A stretch of 64,000 nt of DNA, from assembly GCA_028280285.1 (NCBI GenBank), contig JANQMA010000014.1, positions 907-64,906 on the forward strand. The letters run 5' to 3'. The notes below the pieces were generated by a model. That model was not told the DNA's origin and did not search any database. It saw only the letters and a list, made by a program, of their open reading frames with translations. The position numbers and the translations under genes were made by a program. Positions 8,896 through 19,824 of the stretch are shown in pieces. This DNA is from Candidatus Omnitrophota bacterium (lineage in GTDB: Bacteria; Omnitrophota; Gorgyraeia; Zapsychrales; Zapsychraceae). How positions within the stretch are numbered: the stretch's first letter is position 1; each line of letters starts with the position of its first letter.

Positions 8896-11874
8896 GTGAG
8901 TAAAGAGCCTGAAAGTCATTATAGCATAGATAAATTGCACTTCATTTTTGCCCTTGCGGCGCTTGCGCTTTTGGTTATTGTCGGAGGCGTATTTATGAAG
9001 GATTATGATCGCAAGTGGAAGGACTATCAAAAGAAATTCCGCACTTACGAGATTGAAGTTGCCCGTACCACGTATGATGCAGAGCTTAATGAGCTGAACG
9101 ATGATGCAGCCTACCAGGAATTATTAACGGAAATTGAAAAAGCCGAAAAAGACTACGAAGCTAATTGTCTTGGTAATGACGCACTCGAGCAAGAGATTGA
9201 GGATCTTGAAACGCAAAAAATTCTTAAGGAGCAAGACTTAAAATATACCAATGCCGAACGCGATGCCGCCAAGTTCCGTTATGAAAATGCTGTGGGGCAT
9301 CATGTGGGGGATCCTAAAGCGACCAAGGGCGAATACAAATCTTTCGCGGATCGTGCAAAGACTCTTAAAAGAGAAGTTGAGGACTTAAAGGTTGCGCTTG
9401 CAGCGAAAACAGAAATCAAAGCTAAATGCGGTAAACAACTAACGGAGTTAGAGCGTAAAAAACGCCGCATAACCTCAGAGCGTGATATTGTTGAACGCAA
9501 GCTTGATGCGATTGATCCAAATCAAATGGATTTCACTAATCGTGTGGCCCAAATGGTGCGTGATCTTCCGATTCTCGACTTATCCACACCGACAACCGAA
9601 GTTAAACAAATTGTTCTGAAAGATATCACGGATGACCGCATTATCCGGCAAGTTCCCAAAGTTGATCGTTGTATCACATGCCATTTAGGAATTGACAATC
9701 CGGCCTATAAAGATTTTCCTCAACCGTATAAAACGCATCCTAATTTAGATCAATATGTCAGCAATGATTCCGCGCATCCGATGGAACAATATGGGTGTAC
9801 GGTCTGTCATGGCGGCCGTGGCCGGGCGACAAGCTTTCAAACAGCTGTGCATACCCCACAAAACGAAGAACAAAAGCAAGACTGGAAAAAGAAATATAAT
9901 TGGAAAGCCGATCATCATTGGGAAGAGCCAATGTATCCGTTGCAATATACAGAAGCTGGATGCTTTAAATGTCATAGCGGCGAATATCCGATTAAAGGAG
10001 CTGAAACGCTTAATTTAGGTTTACAAATTATTGAAAGAGCCGGTTGTTATGCCTGTCATGAGCTGGAACGTTACAAGGATTGGCCGAAGCCGGGACCTGA
10101 CTTAACACATATTGCTTCCAAACTATCCAAAGAGTTTGCGTATAAATGGATCGAAGATCCACACTTTTTTCGTAAAGATACGTGGATGCCGGCCTACTAC
10201 AATTTAGCGAATAATAGTGATCTCATGTCAATGGCGCGCGGGCAACAAGAGATTCATGCCATGGTTAATTACTTATTTGCTGAATCACAAGATTTTAACC
10301 TATCTAAAATGCCGAGAAAAGCTAACGCTGAAAATGGCGCAGAGCTTGTGGCCTCGCTCGGATGTTATGCGTGTCATCAATCCAAACCACTTGACGGTGA
10401 CCATGATGTTACCAACGATGATTTACGCCGCCAGCATGGGCCAACACTCACCGGGCTCGGTACAAAGACATCCAAAGAATGGGTTTATGATTGGCTTAAA
10501 GATCCGAATCGTTATCATCCGGAGACACGCATGCCGAATATGCGTTTATCAGACCAAGAAGCGGCCGACATCGCCGAGCATTTGACTCAGGATACACATA
10601 AAACATTTGTGATGAAAAGCATTCCGGGGTTTGATGAAGACATTATTAACGATATCACCATGGAGTTTTTAGGTAAACAAATGCCAAAGACATCGGCGGA
10701 AAAGAAACTGGCCACAATGGATTTGGATCAAAAGCTTAAATATTCCGGCGAGAAGTTAATCGGACGTTATGGCTGTTACTCTTGTCATAATATTAAAGGC
10801 TTTGACAATGCCAAACCGATCGGCATTGCACTTGATGAAGAGGGAAGTAAAGCCTTGCATAAACTCGATTTCGGTTATGTTCATGTGGATCATACGAAAC
10901 ACGGATGGTTTGATCAAAAACTGAAAGCACCACGCAGTTTCGATAATCATAAGGTCAAAGCGCCGGGCGAGAAACTCCTTATGCCGAACTTCAGATTATC
11001 GGCGCATGAACGTGAAGCGGTGGTCACATCTATTTTGGGTTTTGTCACCGATGTCACGGTTAAAAATAAAATTAAACCACGTACGCCTGAAAATTTACAA
11101 CTCGAAAAGGGACAGGAAATCATTGCTCAGATGAATTGCCGCAGCTGTCATAAGATAGAAGGCGAAGGGGCAACGGTACAAGATACAATCGTCGACTGGC
11201 TTAAAGCCTATCAAGGTAAAACCGATAGTGAGGCGGAAAAGTTTCTGACAAGCTTTTCGCCGCCTGATCTTCACGGAGCCGGGAAAAAGATTGATATCGA
11301 ATGGCTATTTAACTTCCTGCATTCACCGGATGTTGAAGTGCGTCCTTGGCTTGAAGCGCGTATGCCGACATACAAATTTAATGTAGGTCACTTAAATACA
11401 CTTGTGCAATACTTTAATACGTTAGATGGGGAAGATAAATTCCCGGTTAATCCGAAACCGGATGTGTCTTTAACTGATCACGAATACAAACAAGCCGAAA
11501 AGTTATTTTCTTTAGAATATCTCGGATGTAATCTATGTCATATTGTCGGCAATGAAACACCAACCGGAACACAAGATACTTGGGCTCCGGATTTGACGCT
11601 TGCCAAAACGCGTTTAAAACCGGAATGGATCATTGAATGGATTAAAGATCCACAAGCACTTGTGCCGGGCACCAACATGCCGACATTTTTTGACCCAAGC
11701 GATTATGAAAACTCCGGTGCGCCGGATATCCTTGATGGGGATGAGGATGAACAAATCCGCGTTCTGCGCAATTACTTGATGACATTGACCCCGGATAAAC
11801 GTAAGACTAAGGTCAAAGTCGAAATCCCAGCTTCTGATACCAATGAAGCGGGGGCATCCGAAGCCACACCATAA
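8896..11874 (+). CDS. Membrane-anchored octaheme cytochrome c with coiled-coil stalk
   Basis: 8 CxxCH motifs (CITCH, CTVCH, CFKCH, CYACH x2, CYSCH, CRSCH, CNLCH); N-terminal TM helix and a long coiled coil. Confidence 0.9.
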   Translation: MSKEPESHYSIDKLHFIFALAALALLVIVGGVFMKDYDRKWKDYQKKFRTYEIEVARTTYDAELNELNDDAAYQELLTEIEKAEKDYEANCLGNDALEQEIEDLETQKILKEQDLKYTNAERDAAKFRYENAVGHHVGDPKATKGEYKSFADRAKTLKREVEDLKVALAAKTEIKAKCGKQLTELERKKRRITSERDIVERKLDAIDPNQMDFTNRVAQMVRDLPILDLSTPTTEVKQIVLKDITDDRIIRQVPKVDRCITCHLGIDNPAYKDFPQPYKTHPNLDQYVSNDSAHPMEQYGCTVCHGGRGRATSFQTAVHTPQNEEQKQDWKKKYNWKADHHWEEPMYPLQYTEAGCFKCHSGEYPIKGAETLNLGLQIIERAGCYACHELERYKDWPKPGPDLTHIASKLSKEFAYKWIEDPHFFRKDTWMPAYYNLANNSDLMSMARGQQEIHAMVNYLFAESQDFNLSKMPRKANAENGAELVASLGCYACHQSKPLDGDHDVTNDDLRRQHGPTLTGLGTKTSKEWVYDWLKDPNRYHPETRMPNMRLSDQEAADIAEHLTQDTHKTFVMKSIPGFDEDIINDITMEFLGKQMPKTSAEKKLATMDLDQKLKYSGEKLIGRYGCYSCHNIKGFDNAKPIGIALDEEGSKALHKLDFGYVHVDHTKHGWFDQKLKAPRSFDNHKVKAPGEKLLMPNFRLSAHEREAVVTSILGFVTDVTVKNKIKPRTPENLQLEKGQEIIAQMNCRSCHKIEGEGATVQDTIVDWLKAYQGKTDSEAEKFLTSFSPPDLHGAGKKIDIEWLFNFLHSPDVEVRPWLEARMPTYKFNVGHLNTLVQYFNTLDGEDKFPVNPKPDVSLTDHEYKQAEKLFSLEYLGCNLCHIVGNETPTGTQDTWAPDLTLAKTRLKPEWIIEWIKDPQALVPGTNMPTFFDPSDYENSGAPDILDGDEDEQIRVLRNYLMTLTPDKRKTKVKVEIPASDTNEAGASEATP

Positions 11875-11877
11875 GAG

Positions 11878-12651
11878 ATGTTATCCACAATAACACTACT
11901 CACTAGTTTGCTTTTTGCAGCGATTTATCCACTCTGTTTTTTTATCAGTGCTGATGATCCTCTTAAAGAGAAATTTCATCGTTTTCACATTGGCCTGCCT
12001 AATATTGTCGCCGGTATTCTGACGGTCTTTGTATGCCTTGGCGACTACCCACGCGATATTCAAATCACTACATTCATTTGGGCTGTTTTGTTTACTGTAG
12101 TAACGGCCATTGCTTGGTCCAGAGATACCGTCAATTTGATTGCGGTTGCTGCTATTACGATTTTAGGAACCCACGTTTTCGGTAATCTTTATTATGAATT
12201 GGCTGCTCAAAGTTACATTCAAGTGTGGGTGTGGCTTTTAAGCGGCGGTATTTTTTGTGCATCGCTTTACGCGATGAATCTCGGCCATTGGTATTTAAAT
12301 GTGCACGGATTGCCGATTAAGCATTTAAGGCGTGCCAATTACGTATTGTGGGCGAGTGTCATTGTGCGTTTGATTTGGGATATTATAATCATTTTCACGA
12401 CGAGCGTTAGTTGGGATGGAGAAGAGGTGAGTGCATTTCAATTTCTTAATTCCACCGAAGGTTTCTTTATTTATATCGGTCTATTTTTCGGTGTTTTGTT
12501 TCCGGCAGCCGGTCTCTATTTTTCCAATGAAACAATCCGCCTTAAAAATACACAGTCGACCACCGGCATCCTTTATGTCCTTTTGTGTGGTATTTTAATA
12601 GGGGACATAACCTTTAAATACTATTGTCTGCGTTATGGTCTTGCTTTATGA
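11878..12651 (+). CDS. Polytopic membrane protein (conserved MNLGHWYL and NTQSTTGILY motifs)
   Basis: About 8 hydrophobic segments; operon context. Confidence 0.7.
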   Translation: MLSTITLLTSLLFAAIYPLCFFISADDPLKEKFHRFHIGLPNIVAGILTVFVCLGDYPRDIQITTFIWAVLFTVVTAIAWSRDTVNLIAVAAITILGTHVFGNLYYELAAQSYIQVWVWLLSGGIFCASLYAMNLGHWYLNVHGLPIKHLRRANYVLWASVIVRLIWDIIIIFTTSVSWDGEEVSAFQFLNSTEGFFIYIGLFFGVLFPAAGLYFSNETIRLKNTQSTTGILYVLLCGILIGDITFKYYCLRYGLAL

Positions 12652-13064
12652 AACAACTGTTTTGCAAATGTCCTCACTGTAAAGCCGATCAGATCATTCC
12701 TGTTGATGCTACAACAATGACCATTGATTGCCCTGGTTGCGGTAAATCCATGGGCGAAATTAAAAATAAAGAGGATATATTTGATTACTGCCCGATCTGC
12801 GACTGCCGTCAATTTTATCTGACCAAAGACTTTAATCAATATCTGGGCTACGGGATTGTTGTTTTGGCCTGTATTCTGGTTCCGGTAACCTATGGTTTAA
12901 GTCTACCTGTCCTCGCCTTGATCGACTGGCTTCTCTATAAACGGGCCAAAAACGTGGTCAATTGCTACAGATGCGGTTGTGAGTTCCATAATATCGATTA
13001 TTCCCACAAAAATTTTAAACCCTTTATGCACCATATCGGTCTTAAATACGATAAATACAGGTGA
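12648..13064 (+). CDS. Cys-rich (Zn-ribbon) membrane protein
   Basis: CPHC, CPGC, CPIC and CYRC pairs plus TM hairpin; ATGA overlap with upstream gene. Confidence 0.7.
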   Translation: MKQLFCKCPHCKADQIIPVDATTMTIDCPGCGKSMGEIKNKEDIFDYCPICDCRQFYLTKDFNQYLGYGIVVLACILVPVTYGLSLPVLALIDWLLYKRAKNVVNCYRCGCEFHNIDYSHKNFKPFMHHIGLKYDKYR

Positions 13065-13220
13065 AAACAACTTTTAAAGAAAATCAAATTTACGGAAATT
13101 TCCTTTAATTTGAGCCTAAATTGTGTACAATATTTATTATAAATCAACGATTGACATCTGCTGTGATTTATCAATAATATTCCATATATTTTTTAAGTAA
13201 CTGATTACAAAGGATTTATC

Positions 13221-13949
13221 ATGAACCTAGCAACACATTTTCTTCGCTTTACCATTTGCTTAACCGTTATAACTTTTTTTGCATCATCTACCCTGGCCGG
13301 AACAATCACCGGTAATATTAAATATGAAGGAAAGGTTCCTAAATTTCGTGAAATCAAAATGGATGCCGATCCTATTTGTTTAACGAAACACACAGATGCT
13401 GTTTTTCCCCAAACACTTGAGCTGGGTGAAGGGCAGACTATGGCGAACATTTTTGTTTACATTTCTAAAGGTGTTCCCAAAAAAGATTACCCAACACCGA
13501 CAGAGCCGCTTGTCCTAGATCAAGAGGGGTGTATGTACGCACCGTATGTTTCAGGGGTAATGGTTAATCAAGACATTAAAGTGCTCAATCCCGACGGGAC
13601 ATTGCATAATGTGCATGCGGTCCCCAAAATCAACGCAGAATTTAATATTGCTATGCCGAAATTCCGTAAAGAAGTAACCAAATCGTTTGATAAACCTGAG
13701 ATGTATATTCCGTTTAAATGCGACGTGCATCCCTGGATGATTGCCTATGTTTCGGTTATGGAGCATCCGTTTTTTGATACAACAGAAACAGACGGTAATT
13801 TTGAGATAACAGGCTTGCCGGCAGGAACGTATGAAGTCTCAGCCTGGCATCAAAAATTAGGCACCCAAACAGCAAGTGTTACGATTGCAGCTGAAGGCGA
13901 AAGCCAGACAGCTGACTTTATTTTTTCAAGACCGCAAAAAACTAAATAA
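13221..13949 (+). CDS. Secreted cupredoxin-like / carboxypeptidase regulatory-like domain protein
   Basis: Signal peptide; LHNVH and KCDVHPWM motifs; directly precedes the cox operon. Confidence 0.75.
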   Translation: MNLATHFLRFTICLTVITFFASSTLAGTITGNIKYEGKVPKFREIKMDADPICLTKHTDAVFPQTLELGEGQTMANIFVYISKGVPKKDYPTPTEPLVLDQEGCMYAPYVSGVMVNQDIKVLNPDGTLHNVHAVPKINAEFNIAMPKFRKEVTKSFDKPEMYIPFKCDVHPWMIAYVSVMEHPFFDTTETDGNFEITGLPAGTYEVSAWHQKLGTQTASVTIAAEGESQTADFIFSRPQKTK

Positions 13950-13965
13950 ATTATAAGGAAATCCC

Positions 13966-15687
13966 ATGGGACATTCGCAAAGTTTTTGGACTAAATACGT
14001 CTTTTCAACCGATCACAAAACCATCGGTATTCAATACGGTGTTACATCGCTTTTCTTTTTATTGTTTGGTTTTGTCTTAATGATGATTATGCGCTGGCAG
14101 TTGGCCTACCCGGAGCAACCGATCCCATGGATTGGCCAATGGTTAGGGGATGCCCGTGCGCCTGGTGGTGTTATGCTCCCTGAATTTTACAATGAGCTGG
14201 GGGCCATGCATGGAACGATTATGGTCTTTCTCGGTGTTGTCCCGCTTGGGGTGGGATGTTTCGGGAATTTGATTGTGCCGCTTCAGATTGGCGCACCGGA
14301 TATGTGTTTTCCAAAGCTTAATATGGCAAGCTACTGGGTATTCTTACTTGGTGGTTTGGTTATGCTTTTTAGTTTCTTTTTGCCAGGCGGAGCAGCGAAC
14401 TCCGGGTGGACAGCTTATCCGCCACTGGCCAATATTGCAACCATAGGCCAAACGGTATGGATCCTCGGTATGGTTTTTTTAATCACATCATCGCTTCTGG
14501 GTGGGATTAATTTTATTGCAACAATTTTTCAGTTGCGTGCTCCAGGATTGACTTTTATGCGTCTTCCATTTTTTGTTTGGGGACAGCTTGTCACAGCTTT
14601 CCTTTTATTACTTGCGTTTCCACCACTGGAAGCAGCCGGTATTTTACAATTAATGGACCGTGTGGCAGGCACAAGCTTCTTTATGCCAAGCGGTTTGCTT
14701 ATTTCTGGTGAAGTCCCGGATGTCAGTGGAGGTGGAAGCGTTCTTCTATGGCAGCATTTATTTTGGTTTTTAGGTCATCCGGAGGTATACGTTATTTTGC
14801 TTCCGGCGATCGGTATTGTGACCGAAGTTTTCGCGAATAATATCCGCAAACCTATCTGGGGTTATAAACTAATGGTTTATTCGATTTTATTCCTCGGATT
14901 TATTTCCTTTGTTGTCTGGGCACATCACATGTATTTAACTGGTATGGGAACAGCTATTAGTGCGTTTTTCCAGGCGACAACAATGATTATTTCGATTCCA
15001 TCTGTTATTGTTTTAACATGCTTGATGATTTCCATGTGGGGCGGATCCATTCGGTTTAATATGCCGATGTTATTTGCTCTGGCTTTTATTCCGATGTTCG
15101 GTATTGGCGGTTTAACCGGTTTACCTTTGGGACTTGCCGCAACGGATATTTATTTACACGACACTTATTATGTCATCGGGCATTTTCACTATGTCGTTGC
15201 GCCTGGTGTTATATTTGCCCTATTTGCCGGGATTTATTATTGGTACCCGAAATTTACCGGTCGGTATATGAATGAGTTTCTCGGCCACTTGCATTTTTGG
15301 CCATCGTTAATCTGCATGAACATTGTTTTTATGCCGATGATGATCCAAGGCTTGGCCGGAATGTCACGCCGCATGTATGACGGCGGGGCAATTTATTCAC
15401 ATAATCAGGGTGTTTTAGATTGGAATATCTTTATTTCCATGGGCGCTTGGACACTGGCGCTTGCGCAAATACCGTTTATCATTAGTTTCTTTATGAGTGC
15501 ATTTACAGGTAAGAAAGTTGAGAGTGATAATCCATGGCAGGCCACAACGCTTGAGTGGCAAACACCAACGCCACCGGGTCATGGTAATTTTGAAACAATA
15601 CCGACCGTTTATCATGGGCCGTATGAGTACAGCGTGCCTGGGGCTTCCAAAGACTTTACACCACAAAACGAAGAGGGGGTTAAATAA
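13966..15687 (+). CDS. ctaD: Cytochrome c oxidase subunit I (A1 type)
   Basis: TDHKTIG, MHGTIM, FLGHPEVY, WAHHM, HDTYYVIGHFHY. Confidence 0.95.
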   Translation: MGHSQSFWTKYVFSTDHKTIGIQYGVTSLFFLLFGFVLMMIMRWQLAYPEQPIPWIGQWLGDARAPGGVMLPEFYNELGAMHGTIMVFLGVVPLGVGCFGNLIVPLQIGAPDMCFPKLNMASYWVFLLGGLVMLFSFFLPGGAANSGWTAYPPLANIATIGQTVWILGMVFLITSSLLGGINFIATIFQLRAPGLTFMRLPFFVWGQLVTAFLLLLAFPPLEAAGILQLMDRVAGTSFFMPSGLLISGEVPDVSGGGSVLLWQHLFWFLGHPEVYVILLPAIGIVTEVFANNIRKPIWGYKLMVYSILFLGFISFVVWAHHMYLTGMGTAISAFFQATTMIISIPSVIVLTCLMISMWGGSIRFNMPMLFALAFIPMFGIGGLTGLPLGLAATDIYLHDTYYVIGHFHYVVAPGVIFALFAGIYYWYPKFTGRYMNEFLGHLHFWPSLICMNIVFMPMMIQGLAGMSRRMYDGGAIYSHNQGVLDWNIFISMGAWTLALAQIPFIISFFMSAFTGKKVESDNPWQATTLEWQTPTPPGHGNFETIPTVYHGPYEYSVPGASKDFTPQNEEGVK

Positions 15688-16280
15688 TGGATACTATTCC
15701 TTATACGGTAAAACCCCGGTCTGATACAGGGCTTTATAATGCAAAGTTAGGTATTTGGTTGTTTTTAGCTTCGGAAGTTATGCTTTTCGGTGCGTTATTT
15801 TCTACTTATATTATTTTGCGTGTATTAGGGCAAGATTGGCCGCTCGGCTCAACTATTCTTAATGTTCCGATCGGAACGGTTAATACGGTGATTCTGATTA
15901 CATCTAGTATTACGATGGTTTTTGCGTGGACCTCTTTGAAGAAAAAAAACTGGGGGGCACATAAACTGCATCTAGGTCTTACGATCGGCCTCGCGATCCT
16001 TTTTTTGATTATTAAGGGCTTTGAGTACGCCGCTAAATTTGAACATCATCATTATCCGTCTGAAAGCACATTTATGGCGATTTATTTTACGCTGACGGGT
16101 TTACATGCTCTGCATATTGTCGGTGGAATTGTGGTCTTGGGGTATTTCTTTGGGCCTGGGGCCAAAATGTGGCAGTCAGATCCCGACCGCTTTACAAACC
16201 GCATTGAGATCGTCGGGCTTTATTGGCATTTTGTTGACTTGGTGTGGATATTTTTATTTCCGGTGTTGTACTTACTATAA
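15687..16280 (+). CDS. ctaE: Cytochrome c oxidase subunit III
   Basis: FLASEVMLF, TGLHALH, YWHFVDLVW. Confidence 0.95.
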   Translation: MDTIPYTVKPRSDTGLYNAKLGIWLFLASEVMLFGALFSTYIILRVLGQDWPLGSTILNVPIGTVNTVILITSSITMVFAWTSLKKKNWGAHKLHLGLTIGLAILFLIIKGFEYAAKFEHHHYPSESTFMAIYFTLTGLHALHIVGGIVVLGYFFGPGAKMWQSDPDRFTNRIEIVGLYWHFVDLVWIFLFPVLYLL

Positions 16281-16291
16281 GGGAGACATAG

Positions 16292-16603
16292 ATGGGAAAC
16301 ACGCATAATCTGGAAAAAGAACTCAAAATTTATAAAGGTGTGTATATCGGTTTACTTTTTTTGACCGTTGTCACAGTTGCCGTAAGTTATTTGCATGTGC
16401 CGGTCTGGGCTGCGGTTATTATTGCCCTTATTGTGGCGACCTTCAAAGCATCGCTTGTGGCTAACTTTTTTATGCATTTGGCGCACGAAAAACCACTTAT
16501 TTTGTGGACTATGGCTTTTACGGTCTTTTTTATGTTGTGCATGATTGCTTTAATCATTGCATCTCAATTTGATGTGTATCAAGGACTTTATTATGAATCT
16601 TAA
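16292..16603 (+). CDS. ctaF: Cytochrome c oxidase subunit IV
   Basis: KASLVANFFMHL motif, 3 TM helices. Confidence 0.85.
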   Translation: MGNTHNLEKELKIYKGVYIGLLFLTVVTVAVSYLHVPVWAAVIIALIVATFKASLVANFFMHLAHEKPLILWTMAFTVFFMLCMIALIIASQFDVYQGLYYES

Positions 16604-16793
16604 ACAATTTCATATCATTTTTATTGTTGCATCGATTCTGATTGCGTTTGCGTTTGCCTTTTGGGCGTTTGTTCAGTATAACTACACATCGTCCATTGGA
16701 TATATTGTGACAGGTGTTATTTCCGGTATATGCGGACTATGTTTGGCGCTTTATGAAATAACCTTTATCAAAAAGAATCAGTCATTGTCATAA
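16593..16793 (+). CDS. Small membrane protein in cox operon
   Basis: MNLKQFHIIFI start, two TM helices, tight coupling with neighbours. Confidence 0.65.
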   Translation: MNLKQFHIIFIVASILIAFAFAFWAFVQYNYTSSIGYIVTGVISGICGLCLALYEITFIKKNQSLS

Positions 16794-17023
16794 TGAAAAA
16801 ATCATTTTTAATTATTAGTGCATTTCTATTTAATTGTGTGATTATTGAGCAATCTCTGGCTTGTTATGTTTGTTTTTCACAAGTTAAGGATGATCCACAT
16901 ATGCAAGGACTGAAATATGCCATACTATTTTTACTTGCTGTGATTGTTTTTGTATTGTTGTTGCTTGGAAAATTCTTTTTATCTGTCCGTCATCGTGAAA
17001 AACTCATGATGAAAAACGATTAA
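16793..17023 (+). CDS. Small membrane protein with signal peptide and CxxC (ACYVC)
   Basis: Signal-like N-terminus, CYVCF, C-terminal TM helix; TAATG coupling. Confidence 0.65.
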   Translation: MKKSFLIISAFLFNCVIIEQSLACYVCFSQVKDDPHMQGLKYAILFLLAVIVFVLLLLGKFFLSVRHREKLMMKND

Positions 17024-17033
17024 GGGGTATTTA

Positions 17034-17819
17034 ATGGATATTGTTAAACTACTGCATTTACCGGTCAATGCCTCATCCCATGGGCATGAAATTGATATGA
17101 TGATGTTTATCATTCATTTATTTATGCTTGTGCTGTTTGTCGGTTGGGGAATATTTTTTATCATAACTCTTTTCCGCTTCAACAAATGGGCTAATCCAAA
17201 AGCGAACTATAAAGGCGTTACAAACCATGTCTCATCTTATATTGAGATTGGCGTGGTTGTCTTTGAAGTCATTCTGCTGGTTGCCTTTTCTATTCCTTTT
17301 TGGGCTAAACAGGTTAGTGCACTGCCGGAGCGAACCGATGCTATTCAGGTAAGAATTGTCGCAGAACAGTATGCGTGGAATATTCACTATCCCGGACCTG
17401 ATGGTATTTTTGGATCAACCGCGATTAAATTTTTTAATAAGCAATCCAATCCACTTGGGATAGATCCCGATGATCCAAACGGGAAAGATGATTTTGTCAC
17501 TATTAACCAACTTAATTTACCGATCGGAAAACCGACCATCGTTCATCTATCATCTAAAGATGTTATTCACAGTTTCTTTTTACCGGAAATGCGTGTTAAA
17601 CAAGATGCCATTCCCGGGATGTCGATTCCAACGTGGTTTACTCCGACGAAAACCGGAAACTGGGATATTGCCTGTGCGCAGCTGTGTGGTTTGGGGCATT
17701 ATCGTATGAAGGGTTATTTAAATATCATGAGCCAGGCAGAGTTTGATGACTGGTTCGCCGGTCAAGTTCCGTCAGCCGATGGTGAAGGGGGCGACGAGTA
17801 CGACGATTTTTGGAATTAA
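17034..17819 (+). CDS. ctaC: Cytochrome c oxidase subunit II
   Basis: DVIHSF and CAQLCGLGHYRM CuA motif; 2 TM helices. Confidence 0.95.
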   Translation: MDIVKLLHLPVNASSHGHEIDMMMFIIHLFMLVLFVGWGIFFIITLFRFNKWANPKANYKGVTNHVSSYIEIGVVVFEVILLVAFSIPFWAKQVSALPERTDAIQVRIVAEQYAWNIHYPGPDGIFGSTAIKFFNKQSNPLGIDPDDPNGKDDFVTINQLNLPIGKPTIVHLSSKDVIHSFFLPEMRVKQDAIPGMSIPTWFTPTKTGNWDIACAQLCGLGHYRMKGYLNIMSQAEFDDWFAGQVPSADGEGGDEYDDFWN

Positions 17820-17846
17820 TCCTGCCAGAATAAACTATTACGTACA

Positions 17847-17876
17847 AGGGGCCATACCAATGGCCCCTAAATTTTT
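17847..17876 (+). terminator. GC-rich hairpin after ctaC
   Basis: aggggcca-taccaa-tggcccct followed by aaattttt. Confidence 0.5.
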
Positions 17877-17879
17877 ATC

Positions 17880-18866
17880 ATGACAACACATCCTAATCCT
17901 GGGTTAAGAGTTTTTTCTAAATTGCTTTGCGCAGCCACGCTGTTTTTGATTTTTGCCGGCGCTATGGTCAACAGCACAGGATCCGGACTGGCCGTGCCCG
18001 ACTGGCCAACATCCTACGGTAACTGGTTTTTTGTACCAATGGTGGGCGGGGTATTTTATGAGCATGGTCACCGTCTCATTGCCGAGGCTGTAGGGCTTAT
18101 GACTGTTGTGCTTGCTATATGGATCAAACTGAAAGATACACGCAAGTGGCTGCATGTGCTTGGATTTGTTGCGGTGGCGGCGGTTATTATCCAAGGTGTT
18201 CTTGGCGGACTCACCGTGCTTTATTATTTGCCAACACCGATTTCTGTTATGCATGGTGTGTTGGCGCAAAGCTTTTTGATTTTAACCGTTGTGATTGCTT
18301 ACGACCTGTCTAAAGAACGTAATGACCGGCTGGATGCGAACGGTCTTGATAGCACATGCTCTAAACTAATTAAGCCAGCTGTTATCTTCGGACTACTGAT
18401 TTATCTACAGCTTATTTTAGGGGCAATCATGCGTCATTCAGGCGCAGGGCTCGCGATTTACGATTTCCCGACGATGGCAGGCACATGGTGGCCCACGCTT
18501 AATGAAGGGATGCTATTTACTATTAATGATTGGCGCTTTGAAAATAACCTTGATCCTGTTAATATGACGCAAGTTACCCTGCATTTGATTCACCGTATCG
18601 GTGCAGCGGTGATTCTTGTTTATTTAATTTTTCTTAATATCAATGCCTTTAAAAATGGAAAATTGACACCGCGCTTAAAAAACACTGTTTTATTAATTGA
18701 CCTTTTGGTTGCCATACAGATTATCCTTGGTATTATGACTGTGTTAACGGGAAAGCATCCACATGTAACAAGCACGCATGTGGCATGTGGGGCACTCACT
18801 TTAAGTTTATCGGCCATACTTGTTTTACGCGCCATGCCGGCACGTTTGAGTGATATGAAAAAGTAA
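17880..18866 (+). CDS. ctaA: Heme A synthase (COX15/CtaA)
   Basis: GSGLAVPDWP, EHGHRL, conserved His in TM helices. Confidence 0.9.
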   Translation: MTTHPNPGLRVFSKLLCAATLFLIFAGAMVNSTGSGLAVPDWPTSYGNWFFVPMVGGVFYEHGHRLIAEAVGLMTVVLAIWIKLKDTRKWLHVLGFVAVAAVIIQGVLGGLTVLYYLPTPISVMHGVLAQSFLILTVVIAYDLSKERNDRLDANGLDSTCSKLIKPAVIFGLLIYLQLILGAIMRHSGAGLAIYDFPTMAGTWWPTLNEGMLFTINDWRFENNLDPVNMTQVTLHLIHRIGAAVILVYLIFLNINAFKNGKLTPRLKNTVLLIDLLVAIQIILGIMTVLTGKHPHVTSTHVACGALTLSLSAILVLRAMPARLSDMKK

Positions 18867-18949
18867 AATTGTAATTAGTAATTGGTAATTAGTAATTTGT
18901 GGAGCAACTCACCGTACAAATTACCAACTACTAATTACTAAATACCATT
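18867..18949. repeat. Heptamer-repeat palindrome (TAATT(A/G)G type)
   Basis: gtaatta gtaattg gtaatta gtaattt ... aattacc aactact aattact aaatacc. Confidence 0.8.
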
Positions 18950-18963
18950 AACATTTTTAAATA

Positions 18964-19824
18964 ATGAACAAAAAAATATCTGCTTACATAGAAATGACAA
19001 AACCGCGGATCATGACCCTGGTCCTGGTGACAACGGCTTTGGGGTATTATTTAGGAGGCCAAGGTATTAATTCCTGGCTTCAGTTTGTGTATCTTCTGAT
19101 CGCCTCCGGACTTGTGTGTGGCGGCAGCAGTGTTCTCAATCATTATCTTGAGCGCGACTATGACGCCAAGATGAATAGAACAAAAAATCGTCCAATTCCG
19201 TCCGGCATAATTAGTCCCAATAATGCCTTACAATTCGGGATCATTCTAACACTCATCGGTGTTTTTATTCTCTACACGAAAATTAATATTTTGACTTCCT
19301 TTTTAGGCCTTCTGACAACATTTCTCTATGTTTTAGTCTATACCCCCATGAAACGTGTTAGTTGGTTTAATACAACCGTCGGTGCTGTTCCAGGCGCTAT
19401 TCCGCCCCTCGGTGGATGGGCGGCTGCTACCGGCACGCTTGATTTCAACGCGGGGATGCTATTTCTCATTATGTTTATTTGGCAGCATCCGCATTTCTAT
19501 GCGATCGCTTGGATGCTTAAGGAAGATTACAAGCGAGGGGGCTTTCAAATGCTTCCTTTAGTTGAAAATGGCAAACAAAAAACATTCACACAAATTCTTT
19601 GGTATTCTATTATTTTAATTCCCGTTTCAGTTGTTCCGACGCTGACTGGCTTATCTGGCTATATTTATTGTGTTGGATCAATTGTTTTAGGGCTTTTGCT
19701 GTTTTATACAAGTTGGAGTTTTATCAAATCCGGTTCAATAGAAGATGCCCGTAATTTACTTAAGGCAACGGTGTATTATCTTCCGGTATTATTGTTTTTT
19801 ATTATCATCGACGTACAATTCTAA
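18964..19824 (+). CDS. ctaB: Heme O synthase (protoheme IX farnesyltransferase)
   Basis: TKPRI, ERDYDAKMNRTKNRP, WQHPHF. Confidence 0.95.
   Translation: MNKKISAYIEMTKPRIMTLVLVTTALGYYLGGQGINSWLQFVYLLIASGLVCGGSSVLNHYLERDYDAKMNRTKNRPIPSGIISPNNALQFGIILTLIGVFILYTKINILTSFLGLLTTFLYVLVYTPMKRVSWFNTTVGAVPGAIPPLGGWAAATGTLDFNAGMLFLIMFIWQHPHFYAIAWMLKEDYKRGGFQMLPLVENGKQKTFTQILWYSIILIPVSVVPTLTGLSGYIYCVGSIVLGLLLFYTSWSFIKSGSIEDARNLLKATVYYLPVLLFFIIIDVQF

Noticed and set aside
13110-13180. FNR or Rex box upstream of the cox operon
   Set aside because: Only partial matches to either consensus in AT-rich DNA.
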